NCBI GenBank assembly: GCA_016699975.1
Contig: CP064994.1
Location: 1,222-65,221, forward strand
Direction of reading: 5' to 3'
Origin: Candidatus Moraniibacteriota bacterium
Lineage (GTDB): Bacteria > Patescibacteriota > Minisyncoccia > Moranbacterales > UBA1568
Length of the DNA: 64,000 bases
The translations under genes and the position numbers were made by a program. Below, in pieces: positions 58,648 to 64,000 of this stretch (position 1 is the first letter of the stretch; the number at the start of each line of letters is the position of its first letter). Under the pieces are notes generated by a model. That model was not told the origin of the DNA. It worked only from the letters and a program-made list of their open reading frames with translations, and made no database searches.

Positions 58648-59078
58648 ACGAGAAGGGGCGGAGAACCAAAAAAATCGGATCGAAAATACCATTAACAAAA
58701 TAGAGGTCACAAACGTTCATATGTCCCGCGCTCTTCTTAAAAATACCAGACAAGAAAGTGTGAATATTTTTTGAGAAAAGACACAAAAGATCAGCAAAAA
58801 GAACGGCGGATATTCTGGAGAAGCTCAAGCTATTCGAAGAGTAAAAATCTGATACGTGGTTGGAAGAGATTGTTGAGAGAACCTCGGAAAGACCCCTACA
58901 AAAAATTCTTGCCCAGAGAATTTTGCAAAACCAAAAATGGTGCTTGTGCCAGAAGACATGAAGATTGAAATGAGATCAATCTCTCACGTCTTCCTCTCAC
59001 TTATTCTTCGACGCCCGCATGGTATACTGAAGAAAATTGTAGCGAATTTTCGTATGGTAACCGTCGTGACTCGAGGAA

Positions 59079-60750
59079 GTGGAGACGAGCTCCGAAACGA
59101 ACGCCAAGAAAAACCGAAAAATACTCTCGACTCTCAAGCGCTCTTCGGAAGAAAATGAAGCGGCGCTTCTTGCTCATACGGCGCGTCTCCCGTATGTGGA
59201 CCTCCACATTTTTCCGGTTGACTTCGATCGTGTCAGTCTCATCCCCGAACGGGAAGCACGAACCCTCGGAATCGCACTCTTCCACAAAAAGGGTCGGGAA
59301 ATACGCCTTGCCATACAGAATCCCGAAAACCCCGAGGCAGTCGACTTTATTCGACGATTCGAAGAACGAGAAGGAGTATCCGCAAAAATATACGTCGCGT
59401 CGAAGCCATCTCTCGAACACGCGTGGAATGCGTACAAAAAAGCACTCTTTCTCGAATACCTCGATCACCTGAAAGTGAACCTTTCGGAAAATGACCTGGA
59501 AAAATTCGAGGCCGATTTTGGAACGCTTCTCGAACTCAAAGATCGCATCCTAAATATTCCGACGACACAAATCCTCGAAACTGTTCTCTTGGGCGCAATC
59601 AAACTCCGCTCGAGCGACATTCACCTTGAGCCGGAGGAGCACGACGAAATCCGTCTGCGTTACCGTATCGACGGCATCCTTCAGGATATCGGGCGCTTCC
59701 CCGAGAGTATCTATCCGCTTCTCCTCTCTCGCGTCAAAATGCTCGGCAAAATGAAACTGAACGTCCGAGACAAATCCCAAGACGGACATTTCTCGCTCAA
59801 CCTTGATTCGCGAAAGATCGACATTCGCGTCTCGAGCATCCCCGGAAACTACGGCGAGAGTCTGGTCATGCGACTCCTCGACCAAGAAACGGCACTCCAA
59901 GACATAGAAACGCTCGGACTACGCGGCCTTGCTTACGAACAAGTCGAGCGAGCTTTTCAGAAGCCAACCGGCATCATCTTGAACACCGGCCCGACAGGAA
60001 GCGGCAAAACAACCACGCTGTACGCGATCCTTCGCAAATTAAACGACACGAAAACCAAAATCATCACGATCGAAGATCCGATCGAGTATGAAATTCCAAA
60101 CATCACGCAGACGCAGGTGTCGAGAAGTCGAAACTACACGTTTGCCATGGGACTGCGCTCCATCGTTCGCCAGGACCCCGATGTTATTTTGGTCGGTGAA
60201 ATCCGCGACGACGAGACCGCAAATATCGCAATCAACGCTGGCCTCACAGGGCACCTCGTTCTCTCCACTCTCCACACGAATAACGCCGCGGGATCAGTGG
60301 CGCGGCTTAGTTGAGATGGGCGTTCGGCCAAATACTATTCTGAACGCCGTGAATGCCTTCATTGCGCAGCGACTCGTGCGCGTCCTCTGCGAGCACTGCA
60401 AAGAATCCTACGAGCCTGCCCAAGAAACCGCGAACTCACTCAAAGAAATTCTTTCGCTCATTTCACCGAAAGCGAAAATGGAAATTCCGAAAGAGATTTC
60501 TTCACTCTTTCGCGCCAAAGGGTGTGAACGATGCAATGGAACAGGGTACCGCGGACGAATTGGCATCTTCGAAGTCTTGACGATGACTGACCGCATCGTC
60601 GAAAAAATCTCTTCGCTCGCGAGTGAAAACGAAATCATGCGCGAGGCGCTCGAAGACGGCATGGTGACTATGGCGCAAGACGGGATCCTGAAAGCAATCG
60701 AGGGCGTGACGTCCCTCGACGAAGTCTGGCGCGTCACCGGACAGACAGAA
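59079..60750 (+). CDS. pilB: type II/IV secretion-system ATPase PilB/GspE (unit 1, full-length with N1 domain), one frameshift at ~60300
   Basis: GSPII_E_N-like N-domain (PYVDLHIFPVDFDRVSLIPEREA), GILQD, Walker A TGPTGSGKTTTLY, Asp box IITIEDPIEY, Walker B ILVGEIRD, His box TLHTNNAAG. The frame then breaks (CGGCTTAGTTGAG has one extra A) and the C-terminus, including the tetracysteine CEHCK...CERCNGTGY, continues in ORF 60088..62091. Confidence 0.8.
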
Positions 60751-60762
60751 TTTCTCAAAGAG

Positions 60763-62091
60763 ATGTACGACAATCTCATGTCCCAAACGCTTGCGCGCGC
60801 CTTTCCCGTTTCAACAACGATTTTGAACGAATCGCGCGAGAGCCTCAAACAATTTTCGGATTTCGGTGCTCTTGTCGAAAAAGTCGACCAGAGAAGCGTT
60901 CTTAAATATATTTTCGCCGGCGCCCTCCTCACGAATGCAAACGATATTCACATCGAGCCAGAAGAAAATGCCGTCGACATTCGTTTCCGAATTGATGGCA
61001 TTCTGCGAACCGTCGCATCCCTTCCCATGAACGAATACCCGTCCCTCCTCGGCGATATCAAGCTTCTTTCGGGACTCCGTACCGAGGAACGCTCTGGCGT
61101 CCGAGACAGCCGATTCATGGTCAAAACCGAATCGCCGCTCCCCGAAACCAATGAGGAAAAATTCGATATTCGCGTTTCCATTATTACCGGAGGATTCGGC
61201 GAAACAGTCGTTATGCGACTCCTCAGTCGCGGCGCGATCGCTCTTAGCCTCGGGAAACTTGGCATTCGTCCGGAAACGCTCGCACGCATCGAACGCGGCG
61301 CGAGGAAGCCAACCGGCATCATCTTGAATACCGGCCCGACGGGAAGCGGCAAAACAACCACCCTCTACAGCCTCATTGATTCAATCAAAACGCCGGAACT
61401 GAAAATCATTACAGTCGAAGATCCGATCGAATATCAGTTCTCGGGCATTCTCCAAACGCAGGTCAACGAAGAGAGTGGCTATACATTTTCGTCCGCACTG
61501 CGCTCTCTCCTCCGACAGAACCCGAACATTATTATGATCGGCGAAATCCGAGACGACGAAACGGCCGCGATCGCCTTTCAGGCGGCACTCACGGGTCACC
61601 TCGTCATCGCAACCCTTCACACCAATAACGCAGCCGGCAGTATTCCGCGCCTCCTGTCGATGGGAGTACGCCCGGACGACATCGTGAATGCGGGCGGCAC
61701 TTTTATGGCCCAGCGACTGGTCCGTAAACTCTGCGAATGTAAAAAGCGTATCTCCATTACACCGTTCCACCAAGAAACCTTGGAAAAAGTACGGGCACAG
61801 TTTACTCCAGCATCTCACATATCCACTCCGCTCACGCCAGCGGAAGAATGGGCCCCCGTAGGATGCGAGCGCTGCGGCAATTCCGGATACAAAGGACGAC
61901 TCGTTCTCTCAGAAGTACTTGAGATTGATAAAGACATTCAGCACCTCATTATGTCGGGCGCCCTCAATATTGAAATCGAAGAAAAAGCGGTCGAAAACGG
62001 CATGATCACCATGTTGATGGACGGCGTTCTTCGCGCGATCGAGGGTGAAACGTCTTTCGAAGAAGTCTTCCGTGTTGTCACGCCCCAGTAG
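60763..62091 (+). CDS. second PilB/GspE-like ATPase (unit 2, short N-terminus), in-frame with unit 1 with no intervening stop
   Basis: From MYDNLMSQTL: NDIHIEPEEN, Walker A TGPTGSGKTTTLY, VEDPIEY, MIGEIRD, TLHTNNAAG, tetracysteine CECKK...CERCGNSGY, C-terminal EVFRVVTPQ*. About 55% identical to unit 1 across the ATPase core. Confidence 0.65.
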   Translation: MYDNLMSQTLARAFPVSTTILNESRESLKQFSDFGALVEKVDQRSVLKYIFAGALLTNANDIHIEPEENAVDIRFRIDGILRTVASLPMNEYPSLLGDIKLLSGLRTEERSGVRDSRFMVKTESPLPETNEEKFDIRVSIITGGFGETVVMRLLSRGAIALSLGKLGIRPETLARIERGARKPTGIILNTGPTGSGKTTTLYSLIDSIKTPELKIITVEDPIEYQFSGILQTQVNEESGYTFSSALRSLLRQNPNIIMIGEIRDDETAAIAFQAALTGHLVIATLHTNNAAGSIPRLLSMGVRPDDIVNAGGTFMAQRLVRKLCECKKRISITPFHQETLEKVRAQFTPASHISTPLTPAEEWAPVGCERCGNSGYKGRLVLSEVLEIDKDIQHLIMSGALNIEIEEKAVENGMITMLMDGVLRAIEGETSFEEVFRVVTPQ

Positions 62092-62150
62092 AAAAGCAGA
62101 CCAAGAAACGTACCAAAAAAGAGTGGCCCTCACAGAAAAAGAAAACAAAA

Positions 62151-62185
62151 GAAAACGGACATACGCACATGTCCGTTTTTTAAAA
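62151..62185. terminator. rho-independent terminator after pilB tandem (ACGGACAU-acgcac-AUGUCCGU + UUUUU)
   Basis: gaaaacggacatacgcacatgtccgttttttaaaaatatttt. Also terminator-like on the minus strand, for 62274..62495. Confidence 0.6.
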
Positions 62186-62273
62186 ATATTTTACATTACT
62201 GGCTCGCCAGCTCCTTCTCTTCAGGAAGGAGTCTCAGGAAACATCTTTCGAGGAGATCATGTTCGCCATATTC

Positions 62274-62495
62274 TTAAATGAATGACTCTGCCGTTTGCTC
62301 GTGGTCAAAACGTATCCTCTCGATTTCCTCTGAAGAAAACTCTCCATTCAGAAGAGCATACACAAGTGCCGCCGGCCAAAATGTATGATCCGGATAAGTC
62401 CCTTTTTGCACATGCTGTATAAAGCAGACGCGACCAATTCTTTTGAGCTCCTTAACCAAAAAAACGCAAATTTCTTCTTTCGAAACATCCTGCAT
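62274..62495 (-). CDS. hypothetical small protein (73 aa)
   Basis: Non-repetitive composition and a downstream terminator. No domain recognised. Confidence 0.3.
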   Translation of the reverse strand: MQDVSKEEICVFLVKELKRIGRVCFIQHVQKGTYPDHTFWPAALVYALLNGEFSSEEIERIRFDHEQTAESFI

Positions 62496-62672
62496 TTCAA
62501 TCGCAAGAGCAAGAATTCTGGCTAGCTTTTCATTCCAAAGCCAGGGAAACCTGCAAGGACCTGGCGCTGGGTAAAATCTTGCAAGATCAATTTTTGAAAC
62601 TGCTTGCAGAACAATTTCTCAAAGCGGATTTCGAAAATCAACAGATTTCATTACTTCCTCCTACCCAAAAAT

Positions 62673-62700
62673 CGGGCTTTCTATATCGGGCTTTCTATAT
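62673..62700. repeat. 14-bp perfect tandem duplication (cgggctttctatat x2)
   Basis: Read directly from the sequence, in the low-GC region upstream of the IS30 transposase. Confidence 0.8.
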
Positions 62701-62753
62701 AATAGATGAGAAACGCTGGAAGATTGGAAAAGATAAAAAATCACACATCCCCG

Positions 62754-62905
62754 CCGGTCTGTAGACGGATCCTCGAAGAAAAATTCCCCGAGGGAAGGAG
62801 CAGTGTCGAGGAATAGGAGAGCCGAAACCCTCACTACCCGATCTGGGCAAAAAAGCTCCCGGTTTGAGGACAAAAGATAGAAGTCCCCAAGTGTCTACAG
62901 ACCGG
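62754..62905. repeat. perfect 13-bp inverted repeat (ccggtctgtagac / gtctacagaccgg) bracketing a 126-bp segment
   Basis: Read directly; an inner CCUCG/CGAGG hairpin is also present. MITE-like element or long RNA stem. Confidence 0.7.
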
Positions 62906-63073
62906 CGAGTCTGTCGTATTTCGCGAGAAAGAAGGATTGTGAACGAACAAAAACGGCGCGACTGCCCATCCTAGCATGGGTTTTCTTTTTTGTCAACCAG
63001 AGGTAGACTAGGGTGAATTCAAACCCCGAAGCCCCTTTTCTGGTATACTCCGGCGTTAACTTCCAAAAACGCT

Positions 63074-64000
63074 ATGAATATGCCAAAAGGAACGTCCATA
63101 ACCTTCTTTGAACGAGAGCGAATAAGCTTTCTCCGCATGAAGAAAAAGAAAACATGGATCGCGGAGAAACTTGGAAGAGATTACTCCGTCATCAAGCGAG
63201 AGATACAAGATTCGAGTCCGCACCTTCCCTATGTTGCCATCCGAGCTGAAGCGTATGCGGAAAAGACGAAGAAAATACCAACAAAAAGACTGGAAAAATG
63301 GCAAAACGAGAAACTGAAAAAAGTTTGTCGAAAGCGAACTCCTGAAGGGACATTCACCGGAGCAGATAGCCGGCCGGTTGAAAACATCTCCTCCGAAAAT
63401 CTTTCCTCGTGTACGGATACCTCGATAAGTTACGAATCCATCTATGATTACATTTACCGCGGGAAGGAAGGGTCGGCGGATGGTACAAACATCTGCGACG
63501 AAAACAGAAGCGGAGACGACCAAAGTTCTCTCGAAAACCGCGAAAAGAGACGATTCCGGATAGAATACCCATTCACGAAAGACCCGCGGTCATTACCAAG
63601 CGTACACACTTTGGAGACTGGGAAACCGATTCCGTGATATTCTCAAACAGAAGTCAGTACTCCGGTACAGTACGAGCGAAAAAATGAAGCTATGCCGATT
63701 AAAGAAAGTTCCAAACAAAACAGCGGTCGAAAGCGAACGAGCGATACAGGGACATTTCTCTGCTTCCGCAGCAATTGAGGAGAAGTATTACGAGAGATAA
63801 TGGAACGGAGAATGTTTTGCACGGAGAAACGAAACAAAAACTTTCTCTTCCTACTTCTGCGATACCTACAAAAGTTGGCAGAAAGGAGGTGTGGAAAACT
63901 TGAATGGATTGTTACGAGAGTATTTTCCAAGAAATGCCCGTTTGATAAAATTTCCCAAAAAGAAGTTCGGTCAGTTCAGGACAAACTCAACAATCGACCG
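63074..64000 (+). mobile_element. IS30-family transposase gene, partial (runs off window) and disrupted by at least 2 frameshifts
   Basis: N-terminal HTH KGTSITFFERERISFLRMKKKKTWIAEKLGRDYSVIKREI (IS30 pattern LT.EER..I......S.R.IA..LGRS.STISREL). Later, in shifted frames, IHERPAVITKRTHFGDWETDSV (cf. ...ERP..VE.R...GHWEGD) and FCDTYKSWQKGGVENLNGLLREYFPR (cf. [26 protein letters not shown]) and ...QDKLNNRP. No terminal inverted repeats could be defined in-window. Confidence 0.6.

Noticed and set aside
60088-60300. N-terminal 70 aa of ORF 60088..62091 (MKFQTSRRRRCREVETT...) as real protein
   Set aside because: This is the out-of-frame readthrough of the unit-1 pilB coding region before the frameshift point. 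Real protein sequence resumes at ...LVEMGVRPNTIL.
1030-62700. Possible CRISPR array
   Set aside because: The only direct repeats are two-unit tandem duplications (11 bp at 1030, 14 bp at 62673). There are no spacer-separated repeat series anywhere.
1-64000. rRNA / tRNA genes
   Set aside because: No stretch with rRNA-like conserved blocks. No convincing tRNA T-arm (GGTTCGAATCC-like) outside coding context; the GATTCGAGTCC at ~63200 lies inside the IS30 reading frame.

Overview
This 64 kb window is gene-dense and mostly minus-strand, and appears to come from an uncultivated bacterium (the compact uvrA/uvrC, sortase, pilB, [NiFe] hydrogenase and many secreted hypotheticals fit a CPR/Patescibacteria-like lineage; this is inference only). 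There are no rRNA, tRNA or CRISPR arrays. Recognisable genes: holB, two GT4 glycosyltransferases, mreB, murA, uvrC, a YpfJ-type zinc peptidase, uvrA, a DEAD-box helicase, obg, two P-type ATPases (one SERCA-like, one MgtA-like), a SIMPL protein, a cytochrome b5-like protein, an ABC-F ATPase, thermonuclease, MsrQ-like protein, ogt, yihY, a sortase, an NrnA-like DHH phosphoesterase, and a degraded IS30 transposase at the right edge. Most striking features: (1) an ~11.6 kb minus-strand surface-glycan operon ending in a single 1652-aa ORF that fuses GT2, a processive GT2 synthase, a MOP/Wzx-like flippase and GT4; (2) [NiFe] hydrogenase small and large subunit genes separated by two opposite-strand secreted-protein genes, plus a convergent accessory operon with a HycI-like protease; (3) two PilB/GspE ATPase modules in one continuous reading frame; (4) two genes sharing a promoter and signal-anchor module (~75-80% nt identity) but with unrelated bodies, one beside a CHAP peptidoglycan hydrolase in an AT-rich islet; (5) an RNase-P-like structured region at 11.3-11.6 kb. 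At least 11 conserved genes (murA, obg, uvrC, mgtA, pilB and others) are split by single-base frameshifts. Several of these sit exactly at short homopolymer runs, which points to assembly indel errors rather than pseudogenes, so split ORFs are reported here as single genes. Coordinates follow the ORF track; my own base counting may be off by 1-2 nt in places.
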